A stretch of 64,000 nt of DNA from Octopus sinensis (Eukaryota): the NCBI RefSeq assembly GCF_006345805.1, contig NC_043000.1:146878001-146942000 (forward strand), read 5' to 3'. The notes beneath the pieces were generated by a model. That model worked only from the letters and a program-made list of their open reading frames with translations, was not told the DNA's origin and ran no database searches. This document shows, piece after piece, positions 22,621 through 35,339 of the stretch (positions are counted from its first letter, which is position 1; each line of letters opens with the position of its first letter). The translations under genes were made by a program, and so were the position numbers.

Positions 22621-23268
22621 GAGGTCACATTTATATATATATACGGAAGGGGTGTAAGAAACGGAAAGAATGAGGAATTAGAGAACGTAAGGTAGCAGGA
22701 AACAATTTATCTTTAAAATGCATCCACGCTCATATTCTCTAACATTTAACTTTACACAAAACGTTTGTATTTTCCTTTAGATCTTTATTTTTATTTTTCC
22801 TTTATTTCTTAGTCTTATTGACCTAACACAAACTACCGATAGTCACCTCAATGTGTAACTCTCTTTTCGTATTTATATCTTTGTGTCGTACGTGTACCTT
22901 CATAAGTATCCAAGCGTGTTGTGTTTCACTCTTGCAGTTGCTTTTTGTTTAGATTTTCTTTTGGTGGTTGGGTACTGTTCTGCTTCATAATAATAAGTAT
23001 GTAAGGTATTTTACGTGAGTGACATGATACGAACTCAGCTTCTGAGGCTGGGAGGCCAACACATTCTATACACGATAATTACAGCGCATCACACACATTT
23101 ATATATTCACAAGTGATTTTATCTAAAATATCACGTATTTTTCTCTCTTTCTGTGCTTCTCCCTTTTCATTTTCTCCCTCTAACCCTCTCACTGTCACTC
23201 TTCCTTTCTCTCTCTCCCTCCCTCTCCTCTCTCTCCTTCACTCCCTCTCTTTCTCTCTCTGAATATAC

Positions 23269-23306
<38 letters not shown>

Positions 23307-23381
23307 ATACACATATACATATATATACATGCATATATATGTATGAATATTTACATGTATACACAGGCATATCTATCTATC

Positions 23382-23422
<41 letters not shown>

Positions 23423-23584
23423 ATGTGGTGTGTGTGAGTGTGTGTGTGTATACACATATACATATATATACATGCATATATATGTATGCATATTTACATG
23501 CATATCTCTCTCTATATATATACATATGTGCATATATGTATACATACATACATACATACACACATACATACATACATACATACA

Positions 23585-23620
<36 letters not shown>

Positions 23621-24380
23621 TACTTTCATTTATTGAGAATGTTGTATACATGATTTATTACACAAGTTATTAACACTTTGGAAGTGAAATAATATAATAA
23701 TGACAATACAATAAACCAAAAACACAAACCTAAGAGCAAAATGCTGTTGATTTTAATTGAAGTTCTTATTTCTGCTTAGAACTGCATATTGCATTTAATC
23801 ATTTACACACTGTCCGTTTTATATTTCAAGTCATATTTAGGTTATTTCTTTCACTCTAAACATTCATATTTCGACATGATTTCAGAAATATTTGTCGACA
23901 GCACTTGAGAACTGTTAAGCCTGTGAATGTAGGATTAACATTTTATGTGACCAAAGTGAGAGCATTTACTATCAATTTGTTAATACTCGCAAGTCATCTG
24001 TCAGAATTGTTTAACACCTCCTATTGTTGATAAACCCTATTCTGTTGGTATCAATCATTCACACTGTAGAAAGATGGCTTAGGAAAGCTTTAGAGAACGG
24101 CAACAGTGTAATGTGTTCTTGTTTCCACATCAATCAAACCTAAAATATTTAAATGACACACAATATAAGGATTACTAAATCTTAATTCGATTTTAATATT
24201 CGATGTGAGTACAACACAATAGCTACTGTTCAGACACATTTTGTCACTTCATCTAAGTAGCATAGAATGGACATCACGCAGGCGACATTTGTACAATCAT
24301 CAGTAGTTGTGATAGGTATGAATGCCACTTCAGTTGTAAATTGTCAGAAAACGTGATATGAATTCTTGTAAACACATAAA

Positions 24381-24433
<53 letters not shown>

Positions 24434-24476
24434 ATGTATATATATATATATATATCAAATTATATATATATATATG

Positions 24477-24507
<31 letters not shown>

Positions 24508-24532
24508 ATGTATATATATATATATATAATAT

Positions 24533-24585
<53 letters not shown>

Positions 24586-25395
24586 ATATATAAAAGTCTA
24601 AGTGTCTGTAAGTTTGTCTTTGTATGTATATCTGTTTACCATATATTTTTGTAATAGGAATACCCTTGAGACACTAGAAGGTAGGTGGGGTGCTGATAAA
24701 CTGGCAGAATAATAAATTAACTTTAGAAAGGTGATAGCTCATTAGGTGCTAATAACTTGATCCTTGACTTATAGACAAATTTAGGTGGGTTTACAAATAC
24801 ATATATATGTATATATATATATATGTATGTATGTATGTATATGATTCCAGTTACTAAATGTGATTGGAGGGATTTCCCTTTCAATTTTTACAGTTTTGTT
24901 TTAAAATTTCGTCCCAGATTTATATATTCATAACAGCCACAAGGATGTCTATAGCTAATTACACATACACAGCCTGGTTGTTAATTAACACATTTTATTG
25001 AATCATTATGATACATACACAAATTCGATTAGGTCGCATTCTGCTCGTCTCATTCTAAATATAGCTAAGTGAATTCGATGGCGACATGTTGGACATTTCT
25101 GAAAAAATATTAAGAAAGATGAAATAGATCAGTTTTATGAATTTTTTTTAGTGAAGGAAGAAAGGTCATAGTCTTCATATTTTCATACTATTTGAAACAC
25201 ATAGTTTATGATAGTTGATTCTTTCCGCCATTAGCAAAAATAATTCAAGTTATATAATCACTCAAAGAAAGACTTTCCCACCTTTTCCCCTTTAGAACGT
25301 AAAGGAATTGTACAAAAACACACACACGCACAGACGCACGCACACATGCATACATACATACAAACATACATACATACATACATACATACATACAT

Positions 25396-25451
<56 letters not shown>

Positions 25452-25642
25452 GTATATATATGGAGATTCTACTAGAGTAGATGCAAGCGCTAATGTGTGA
25501 TTTACAAAAACATATTAATAAAAATCTGTAAATGTAAAACCATCAAGATTTCTGATTACCTTATTTCTTCTAACATATAATACCTGTACATCACCTCCAA
25601 ACCTTATATATATATATATATATATATAGCTTTTTCCCTGAC

Positions 25643-26070
25643 CCTACCTCCCAACCTGGCTCGTTCCCCTGCTCCCGCCCACGTTACCGCACTTGCCCTT
25701 ACCTCTCCAACACCACCCTCCTCACTGGCACCCATCATCGACCCTATCGCATCATCGACTCCTTCACCTGCACCTCCAGCAATACCATCTATTGCATCTC
25801 CTGCTCTCTCTGCCATTCCCTGTACATCGGACAAACAGGACGCCGCTTGGCTGACCGGTTCGCGGAACACCTCCGAGACATCCGCCTTGCCAATGACACA
25901 CCGGTCTCGCCATTTCCGCTCCACCGGTCACTCCTTGCAACACCTGTCTGTGTTCGGATTGTCCTTGCACAGAGGCCATCCGGATTCCCGCTTGCGCCGT
26001 GAACAGGGATTAATCTTCTCTCTTCGCTCTTCTACGCCATTTGGTCTCAACTCTCCCCTCCCCCCGACTC
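25643..26070 (+). pseudogene. PLE GIY-YIG endonuclease fragment with one frameshift (~25908)
   Basis: PGSFPCSRPRYRTC...FTCTSSNTIYCISCSLCHSLYIGQTGRRLADRFAEHLRDIR...[fs]HFRSTGH...RREQGLIFSLRSSTPFGLN: IY..YIG motif, catalytic R, CxxC linker and P.GLN end. Confidence 0.9.
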
Positions 26071-26755
26071 GTACTTCTCTTCAGTCCTTCATCTTCTCAC
26101 CCCTACTCTCTTTCCCTCCTCTTCCCTTCTTCCCTCTTCTTCTTTCTTCTTTCTTCTTCCCTCTTCCCCTTCTCTCTTTCTCTCTGCCCCTCACTCCCCT
26201 TCTTTCCCCCAACCCTCCCCTCCTCCCCCTCCCCATCATCCTCTCCCTCTCCCCTCCTTTCCCATCCCACTCCTTCTCCTCCTCTCCTTCCTTCTCCTCC
26301 CTCCTCCTCATCCCCTCTCCCCCTCCCCTCCTCTCTCTCTTCCCTCCTCCCCTCCTCTCTCTCTTCTCTCCCCCTCTCACTCTCCCCACAACCCCCACTC
26401 TACCCCAACACCCAGCCGAACCCACACCCCACATGGGCTTTCCCTACTCTCGCCCCCACCTCTCCACAACATCACACCATACGACATTACACATCACATC
26501 ATACATACATACACACGTCCAGACCACCAGCCCTCTTTCACACGCACATACATACTCTCTTATACACACACGTACCTTCATGTTGGGGCGAGGTCACTTG
26601 ACCCTGTTATCTCCCCTACCATCCCTCTAGCGTCTAACGCCTGACCTCTGACGTCTTACCTCTGATCTCTAACTTCTGCCTGAAATCAGAACGCCATGTT
26701 GGATCGTTAGCTCCAACACGCATTTTTTTCTCTCCTTGTTTCCTGTCTGGGTATA

Positions 26756-26789
26756 TTTCTGTCGAAGAGCGTAGGCCCGAAACGTAAAA
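26756..26789 (+). ncRNA. Minimal type I hammerhead-like motif (A6U core)
   Basis: UUU-CUGUCGA-A-GAGC(GUAG)GCCC-GAAA-CG-UA-AAA. One stem II mismatch and a non-canonical position 6. Confidence 0.5.
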
Positions 26790-26888
26790 GACTTGTTTTA
26801 TTTCTATTCCTGAGCGCCATACTAATACAATTGTTTGTTTGTACTCCACCTGCCTTCGTCTTTTGTTTATTTTCGTAAACCTTCCCGT

Positions 26889-26919
<31 letters not shown>

Positions 26920-27925
26920 TAACAGACGAATGAGTTATCAGCAGGTACTGCTACCATTGTTTCGTTAAGAATGTTTACTGTTTGGAAAACTTGGTATAGT
27001 CAAGTATGCAGTATGCACAACATCCATTCGATTGCGTAATATATATGTCGCAACTCTCATATCATCAGGTTTACCAAATAATGAAGCGAACAATGACACG
27101 TTGATTAATCAACAGATTGTCAACAAGTGAAATACCAAATGAGAATTACTAACATTAAAGAAATGTAGTGTGTGTCGGTTCAAAATCTGTCAATCATGAA
27201 AAGGAATAGCAGGTCTAGGTTGTTAATTAAAGTTGGTTCTTCTATTCTAAATATGTTATTAAACACAGCAACCTCTCACACAAAGCCTGGTACTGACAAG
27301 ACATGCATGTATACCGCCTGAAAACAGTGACCAAGCATGATATTTGACCCAATCAAAACATGCTAAAACAGTTGTTGACTTTGTTCTAAAAAAGAAACAC
27401 ATTTACTGCGTTACATTGGTTAGTATATTAAAGATTGGCATGGTTAACAATTTTCAACATTATAATTCATTTGGCGGATACATCTTGATTAAAGTAGGTC
27501 TTCCGATTAATTATTGCAGAATTAATAGCTAATCAGCTAATTATATTTCGGGGGGGAAATAAGGAAAAGCGCATATTATCGAAGATCTCTGCGAAATATG
27601 AAATTAGGAGGAGGGAATGAGGAGAGGGAAATGGGACAGAAATAACTCATGTATAGAGATAGACGTAGTCACAGTACCAGCAATCATAGCATGTAAATAC
27701 TTAAATATAAATACTTAATATATCAAGCAACAATGAACGTCACTTCATCGATGCATTCCCTGCATCGATGAATGATTATTTAACTATCCGATCTACGTCA
27801 TTCTGTCCTGTTTATAACTGTCGCGTGCTTCGCTTTCCTATGCCTCGAAACTTTATGGGGAATTCAGAATACAGAAAATGGCTTTCTTATATGTTCGTAA
27901 ATGCCTCAACCCTATTTGAGCTTTT

Positions 27926-28077
27926 TATGTATGTATGTATGTATTTATTTATGTATGTATGTATGTATTTATTTATGTATGTATGTATATATGTATGTAT
28001 GTATTTATGTATGTATGTATGTATAAATGTATGTATGTATCTATATATGTATGTATGTATGTATTTATGTATGTATG

Positions 28078-28111
<34 letters not shown>

Positions 28112-28210
28112 TTTATGTATTTATGTATGTATATATGTATGTACGTATGTATGTATGTATGTGTGTATGTATTGTGTGTGTGTGTGTGTTTGTGTGTGTT
28201 TGTGTGTGTA
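27926..28210. repeat. (TATG)n/(TG)n compound microsatellite
   Basis: Direct read. Confidence 0.95.
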
Positions 28211-29399
28211 GCCGGTACTGCATTTTAGAATTTTCTAGTTCTTAACACAAAGATCTAATTCAAACTTTAAGGAAAATGTTATAGGACTTCATTACGTCAT
28301 TTTCTGAATCAAAATACATATAAAATATACACCACATTAAAATACCGCCGGATTTGTTATGCCTGTTTGATAATAAAGAAATTAACTTCTAAATGTTTTT
28401 CATATTTTTCTATCCGTGAAACCGCAGCTCTCCATAACCACAACGTGTGTAACACGTACAGAAACGCAGTGTTTTCCCAATTGAATTACAACTGCAATCG
28501 TGATTTCTAATTAATGACAATACTTGGTAAATGGATGCTATGTTGCTCAACTACTGATGGTAATTGCTGCTCTAAATTTATAGCCAACCATCATTTCTCA
28601 TTGTCGTTATACTTTAACCACTGACTATGACAAAGGCGTTTCGAGCTGTGAACATATCACTTCTCTTTAAAACTAATGTATTTAGGACTAAATAGTCTCT
28701 ATTTTTACTGATGAAGAGCAAGCTGCTATTTCCATTCTATCATTTATTCGCGTGAGTACGAGACTGTGATAGAGTGAAAGTGCATATTCTCTTACTCTGA
28801 GAATAAATTATTTAGAGACAGTATTCGCATGGAAAACAGCAGTTAAGTTAGTATTAACGAAATTGAATGTAAATAGCATTAAGAAGCTCAGTAAAAAAAT
28901 ACTAAGCTAAGACGAAAACATGACTCTGCCTCCTACGCTTTCAGAAAAAGTAAACGAAAAAATTTACTTTTGTTTAAATAATACTAGTTTTCCTCTCTAC
29001 GTAATTATTTCTACTAAGCCTATTAATGCTCTCTGTAATAAATAAGTTAGCACTAACTGAACTATGTTTATTTTTTTTTACACAAATGGAGTCTTTTAAA
29101 CTATTTGTTCTTTGCACAACTTTTAAGCGCCAGCAAATCTGCAATCGTGTACATTTACTAAATTAATCACTGCGTAATTCATTCACTACAAAAACTTAAT
29201 TTATCACTACTTCAGTAACTATGATAAAGTGTTCCATTCATGAAGTTGAAACAATACTGAATCTTGTCTAAAGTTATCTCCCCATTCGCTCCAAGAAATT
29301 AATTAATATTGAGTTTGTTTGTGCACACCACATAATTTCCAATTAGTGTTCTCTGCAATTAACTGTCTAAACACTAACTATCACCTCATCTAGTATCTC

Positions 29400-29524
29400 C
29401 AGGGCTTATTCACATGCAATATTTCGAGTCTTTTTAGACGTCCCTTAAGCAAGTTGCAATTGATACGCACACACATGCGCATTTTTGCGTAATTTAGACG
29501 ACAATTTATTTACCGCACCCTGTA
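29400..29524. mobile_element. Tc1/mariner-like terminal fragment
   Basis: Ends in ...AATTTATTTACCGCACCCTG|TA (CAGGGTG terminus plus TA target). The other end was not found. Confidence 0.35.
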
Positions 29525-29559
29525 TATATATATATGTGTGTGTGTGTATGTCTATATGC

Positions 29560-29716
29560 ATGAAGGGGTCCTTTCAGTTTCCGTCCACAAAATCTGCTAT
29601 CTACTTGTACAGCTGTGATAGAGCTGGAGGTAATAGTAGATGACACTTACCCAATGCGCCACATATTGGAACCATGTGATTGAGGGGGAAACTTCTTTCC
29701 ACACAGCCTCATCTGC
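29560..29716 (-). mobile_element. SINE family A head (old)
   Basis: CTTTCAGTTTCCGTCCACAAAATC...CCACACAGCC is a diverged family A head. Confidence 0.65.
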
Positions 29717-30175
29717 GGAAACATGATTTTAAAAAATTTCTACAAATCCTTGAGAATAATATTTGGCTGACTTACGTGTAAAACAAACTACGCTATAAAA
29801 AAAGAAGACACAAGGATTAAAAGGGAAAAATCTATAACATGCGCACAGCCAACAATTAAAGCTCAAAGCAACACAGAGCACACCAATCTTAAATATTCGA
29901 TAGCTAAAGAAAAATTGACATAGAATATTCATATTATAAGAACCATGAATCGTACATAAAAAAGAAACGAACAAAATTCAGAGAACAGGAGAGAATCGTA
30001 AAACATAAGTTGCTCTATGCGTCGGAAATGAGATAACATGGCGGAAAAGTAGCAACAAATGAAAAACCAAAGATAAAAGAATCGATCTGAACAGATAGAT
30101 AAATGGAAGAACAACATCAAAATATTAATGTAGTACCACCGAGAACAGTAGAGCACCCATATCCAAAATATCGCT

Positions 30176-30394
30176 ATTTCTTTACTACCCACAAGGGGCT
30201 AAACACAGAGAGGACGAACAAGGACAGACAAACGGATTAAGTCGATCATATCGACCCCAGTGCGTAACTGGTACTTATTTAATTGACCTCGAAAGGATGA
30301 AAGGCAAAGTCGACCTCGGCGGAATTTGAACTCAGAACATAACGGCAGACGAAATACCGCTAGGTATTTCGCCTGGCGCGCTAACGTTTCTGCC
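30176..30394 (-). mobile_element. SINE family B
   Basis: Near-consensus core and tail, slightly 5' truncated. Confidence 0.9.
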
Positions 30395-30719
30395 AAAATA
30401 TCCCACCATCCATTAACCATCGGTATCGATGATGTCACAATGGAAAAATTGAGGGAAGCTACCACGCAGACCCAATAGCATAGCCAAAGACGTAAGGAAG
30501 AGCGGGAATCTACCAGAACCTCTAATAGAAGTGTGCAATGAAGCACTAAATGAAAATAAGCGTGAAGTAAGGCCAAAACGATACTTGTAAGCGTTCTGTA
30601 AGAAAGGAAATTTAGGACAAAAAGTAAACTTTAGAGACATTAGAATGCTTTCTCCAAAAGATATATAATTAAATGCCTCATATTACTCTTTTACTCTTTA
30701 CTCTTTTTACTCTTTTGTA

Positions 30720-30890
30720 GGCGCAGGAGTGGCTGTGTGGTAAGTAGCTTGCTAACCAACCACATGGTTTCGGGTTCAGTCCCACTGCATGGCATCTTGG
30801 GCAAGTGTCTTCTGCTATAGCCCCGGGCCGACCAATGCCTTGTGAGTGGATTTGGTAGACGGAAACTGAAAGAAGCCTGTCGTATATATG

Positions 30891-30923
<33 letters not shown>

Positions 30924-31140
30924 TTGAGTCTCTGTGTTTGTTTCCCTAGCATTGCTTGACAACCGATGCTGGTGTGTTTACGTCCCCGTCACTTAGCGGT
31001 TCGGCAAAAAGAGACCGATAGAATAAGTACTGGGCTTATAAAAAGAATAAGTCCCGGGGTCGAGTTGCTCGACTAAAGGCGGTGCTCCAGCATGGCCGCA
31101 GTCAAATGACTGAAACAAGTAAAAGAGTAAAAGAGTAAAA
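30720..31140 (+). mobile_element. SINE family A (full length)
   Basis: Head, internal microsatellite and (AAAAGAGT)n tail. Confidence 0.92.
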
Positions 31141-31149
31141 TAGTATATT

Positions 31150-31800
31150 AAAATCAGGCGCCATATTGAGCTATTATCGTGCGAAAATCAAAATGGTCCA
31201 GATCAACCAAAACCGCACTATCACAAATACACACCACAAGCAGAATAAAGGAAGGAATGAAACTAAGAAAATCATAAATTACAAACAGCACGCATCTTTA
31301 TAGATTTTCGTAAAGCTTTGGACTGTGCCAACAAGAATTTCGAAATTATAGGAGCATACATAAAACCCAGCTAAGATTGTAATATTAAGCATCGTTTATG
31401 CTAACATCACAACAAAAGTCTTCAGATGGCAGTATTAGCATGTCTCAAGATTTTAAATAGAGTATCAAAGCACTACCTAGAAATCGTACCAAATGGCACT
31501 CTGTTACCATGTCTATTTATGATTGTATTGGTTTATGTTATGAGAACAACTATGGAAGCATATACAAATATGGGAGTTGTCGTGTAACCATAAGCTAATC
31601 GAAGATATCCAGCCAACAATGCATGGATATAGATTACGCAGAAGACATGGCGACAATATACGATGCAATGGAAGGGATTAGAGTTTATAGTATCGAAAAA
31701 TAACCTGTGGCGATAAATATTTCGGTGTTGGAACGTGGAACTCCCATCAACCGTGAGCTTCCAGCAGCTGCAATGGAAGACGGGCATCACTGGAAGCTTA
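31150..31800 (+). mobile_element. RTE-like LINE reverse transcriptase fragment
   Basis: IFIDFRKALDC (F.DF.KAFD), LFMIVLVYVMR, MDIDYAEDMA (YADD-like), with frameshifts. Confidence 0.75.
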
Positions 31801-31840
31801 TTGTCAATGAAGTTGGATCAGGTTTAATTTGACGAAGAGG

Positions 31841-31990
31841 CTGCTGCTGCTGCTACTGCTGCTTCTGCTGCTACTACTGCTGCTGCTACTGCAGCTACTG
31901 CTACTGCTACTGCAGCTACTGCTGCTGCTGCTGCTGCTGCTGCCACTGATGATGATGATGATTATGATGATGATGATGATAATGATGATG
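31841..31990. repeat. (CTG/CTA)n-(ATG)n trinucleotide microsatellite
   Basis: Direct read. Confidence 0.95.
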
Positions 31991-32039
31991 AAAATGTCTT
32001 TTTATTACATTTTGCATAACCTTTGAGTTATATTATGTA

Positions 32040-32436
32040 CTAGCAGTATCGCCCGGCGTTGCTCGGGTTTGTAAGGGAAATAACTATATAAGCATTTTTA
32101 GAGAGTTATAGCCAAAAAATAGCAAAAAATGCATTAAAAATGGAAAAAAAATGATGGTAATTTTTTTTAAATCGTAGACTCATCGTAGACATTTTTAGAG
32201 AGTTACTTCCCTTACATAATAGCGAAACAAATGCATTAAAATGGAAAAAAATGATAGTAATTTTTTTTTAATCGTAGACTCATCGTAGACGCGCGCTAAT
32301 ACCCAGAAGGGCTCGATATGAATCACGACTATAAGATACCCGGTTTTGGTTAAACTGCACCGCAAAATGTGGGAGTAGTTAGGAATCTAAATCGTAGGAG
32401 ACAGACAGCACACAACCTCACTTTTATATATAAAGA
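32040..32436 (-). mobile_element. Non-autonomous Helitron
   Basis: Minus strand 5'-TC...CTAG-3' inserted between A and T. GC-rich hairpin CCCGAGCAACGCCGGG lies 8 nt before CTAG. Internal ~100-bp tandem duplication. Confidence 0.85.
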
Positions 32437-32584
32437 TTACATTGTCTTTTCGGATACACTGTTGTCATTATCATCATCATATTATTAAGAATATGATTAC
32501 TTATAATATTTGTTATCACCATTATTATTCTGAATTATCGATTGAGTGATTATTATCAGTAGAATGTCAGACATAGTACCTTAT

Positions 32585-32770
32585 ATCGACCCTCCAGTCC
32601 TTAGTTTATATGTGTCGAAATGATGGAAGTCGATAAGAGCCCGATTTGAACTCAGAACGTTAAAAGAACATAACTAGTTAGTTATGTTCTTTTAACGTTA
32701 TAAGTTCAAATCGAGCTCTTGTCGACTTCCACCATTCCAACATATATAAACTAAGGACTGGAGGGTCTAT
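32585..32770. repeat. 92-bp imperfect fold-back of a SINE-derived fragment
   Basis: Arms 32585-32676 and 32679-32770, 9 mismatches by manual count, 2-nt loop. Confidence 0.9.
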
Positions 32771-34354
32771 TTCATCGATTGTGCCATTCCTTGAAACTGA
32801 TGACCTTGTTCTCAGGTTAGAAATTATTATGATTTGTATTATAGCCATCATCATTGCTATCATTAACATAAATTGTGATATTACATGGAAATGAGAAATA
32901 TTCCCAAATATAGAAATGTTACCCTTTGCCTCTTGTCTTTCATTCTATTATGGCAGCTGTTATGCTGTTCGTTGGAGGAGGAAGCATTCTTCATTTATTA
33001 AATGAGATTTCTAGAAGTGGACATCATCGATCAGCCAAGCTTTCTGAATTCGATTTTACACTATATTAAACGTTTGTTATAATATATCAGTTTTGTTAGT
33101 TGGATTGCTAGAAGCAAACGTACTTGACTTTCGTAACTGGTGAAGCTTAAGAGATTTACTAGAATTTTAATTAAGCAATATTTAATCAAAATTGGTAAAA
33201 GCAATATCTTTGTAAGATATATTGCAAAAGTCAGAATAGCAATTATAGTAGTGAAAATATTATTTTACACTGTCTTATGCTCGTTAGTTGATATATAGGT
33301 ATATTTGTTTTCGATATGTCAGAGAGTTTGAAAACGAAATAAATTTAATCGACATCAATATATTTTGCTATTTACTTGTAGTAAATGTTTTCTCTTTGTT
33401 TAGTTTGTGTCTTTTATGTTCTGTGTTCAAATTCGACAATTTCACCTTTGTTTTTCATCCTTCCAATGTGGATAAAATAAATATCAGTTAAATATTGAGT
33501 GCATTTAAATTAACTATACCATTCCATTCAAAATCTGTCAGCTTTTCTAGTTTTAGAGAGCAGTATTTGTTTCTGGAAATTAAATATTTAAAACAGTATT
33601 TTATCGAAAATATGTCTCACATTAGTCATAATCAGTGACGTGTTTGTTTTAAATTCAGTGAGGCTCGCTGGTATCTATTTGAATATGTGAAAGAAACCAT
33701 GGTATATGTTTGATAACATTTCCAACCTGAACAAACATATACACGCACGTAAACACACAAACCCAAATATGAACCCGCACAATCATATGCACACGCATGT
33801 GTATGTATATAAATGCGTGTATATCCTCAAATAATCGAAAAAGATAGATCTGTAAATAAAGTAAATACTGGTCCCATTGTTATAGTGGAATGGAAATAAG
33901 CTACCTCACAGTATGTATCATGTAATGTAATAGCTAATAATAAGTTGGATGACAAAAACTGATTAATTTTCTCTTTGATTGAATAAAAAATATTTTTGTT
34001 ATAATCATAATATCGCTGTATGTATTTAAAATAGGATACAGAGTTAGATGATTTCTTACATTCTCAGCAGAATTAATAACTGTTACAATGGTAATAATTA
34101 CAGGATCTGAAAGTATTAAGGGAAGGATACTGAAAGCATACGTGTATCAGAGAGACATGACCGACATATATTGTCCTTGCGAACAATATCGTTGGCTTTA
34201 AGGCACACATATTATACCCTACAAAAGTAGAACTTTAAAACTTAAATCAATGGCACAAGGATAAACAAATACGACTGTGATCACCCTCTAATAAATTCCA
34301 AATCTTTTTAAATTAGGAACGAAAATACGGGACCCTTTCTCAAGGTAGCTTTTA

Positions 34355-34589
34355 TATTTGTTTTTTCATTGCCCACAGAGGGTTAAACACAGAGGGGACA
34401 AACGAGGATAGACAAAGGGATTAAGTCGATTACATCGACCCATGTGCGTAACGGGTGCTTATTTAATCGACCCCAAAACGATGAAAGGCAAAGTCGACCT
34501 CGGCGGAATTTGAACTCAGAACGTAACGGCAGACGAAATACAGCTAAGCATTTCACCCAGCGTGTTAACGATTCTGCCAGCTCACCGCC
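34355..34589 (-). mobile_element. SINE family B
   Basis: Full head, core and tail. Confidence 0.9.
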
Positions 34590-34699
34590 CCGAGGCGGCT
34601 TTCATATTATTTAAAAATACAGTCTTACTGAGAACTGCCATCGTCTAAAGGACTAAATCTTGTAAACAATTAATTCACAATTGTTTCCATTTTAGACAA

Positions 34700-34900
34700 A
34701 AGGCCAGCAATTTCGGCAAGAGCTGGGTATTAGTTCATTGCATCGACCGCAGTGCTTGACAAATACTTTAATTCATCGACCTCAAGAGGATGAAAAGCAA
34801 ACTTCACTTAGCCGAGTTTTGAACTTAGAATCTATAGAGCCAGAAGAAATAATGCAATGCATTTAATCCAACGTTCTACCGAAAATGCCACTTCGCCGCC
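34700..34900 (-). mobile_element. SINE family B-related, old copy
   Basis: CATCGACCTCAAGAGGATGAAAAGCAAA...TTTGAACTTAGAAT. Confidence 0.6.
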
Positions 34901-35339
34901 AATTTACGGTAATATGGACTGCTGAGAAGGGTTTTTCTGAAACTTTTTTATCACTGTAATAACACATGTTTAGACCTTAGGATTTGAGTCAGAATTAGTA
35001 ATTTAGAAAATTATTCACTTCTCAGAGAGTATAATATAAATTCCATTACAATTTCTAGGCTCACAACTTCAAATACGCTCAACCCATTTAAGTATTTACT
35101 TTTATACTGCAAATATATCTGATCATATTCTCATTGGTTCTCTGTTTGGTTAGCATCACTCTGTGTCCATCTACAAAATTTCTCTATAGTTCTCTACTAG
35201 CCATTCTAAAATCTCAACCAAAAGTCAGGCCACGCTTCGCTTGGGAGCTCTGGCAAGACCGAAACATGTGCAGAGATGTTATACTTTAAAAGAAAACATG
35301 AAATATCTTTCGTAATTCCTAATGCCTCCTCATATTTAC

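Larger units (their letters stand above)
25630..26889 (+). mobile_element. 5'-truncated Penelope-like element (GIY-YIG domain, pyrimidine-rich 3' region, pseudo-LTR), flanked by (TA)n
   Basis: GIY-YIG coding region, then a 3' end with an HHR-like motif. (TA)n arrays on both sides. Confidence 0.9.

Noticed and set aside
25887-26630. 247-aa ORF as a gene
   Set aside because: Only the first ~60 aa are the frameshifted GIY-YIG tail; the rest is a pyrimidine tract.
28705-28740. CTGATGAAGAGC motif
   Set aside because: No downstream GAAA or helix III.
35225-35280. GACCGAAACATGTG PLE-like end
   Set aside because: No CUGANGA-like core upstream.
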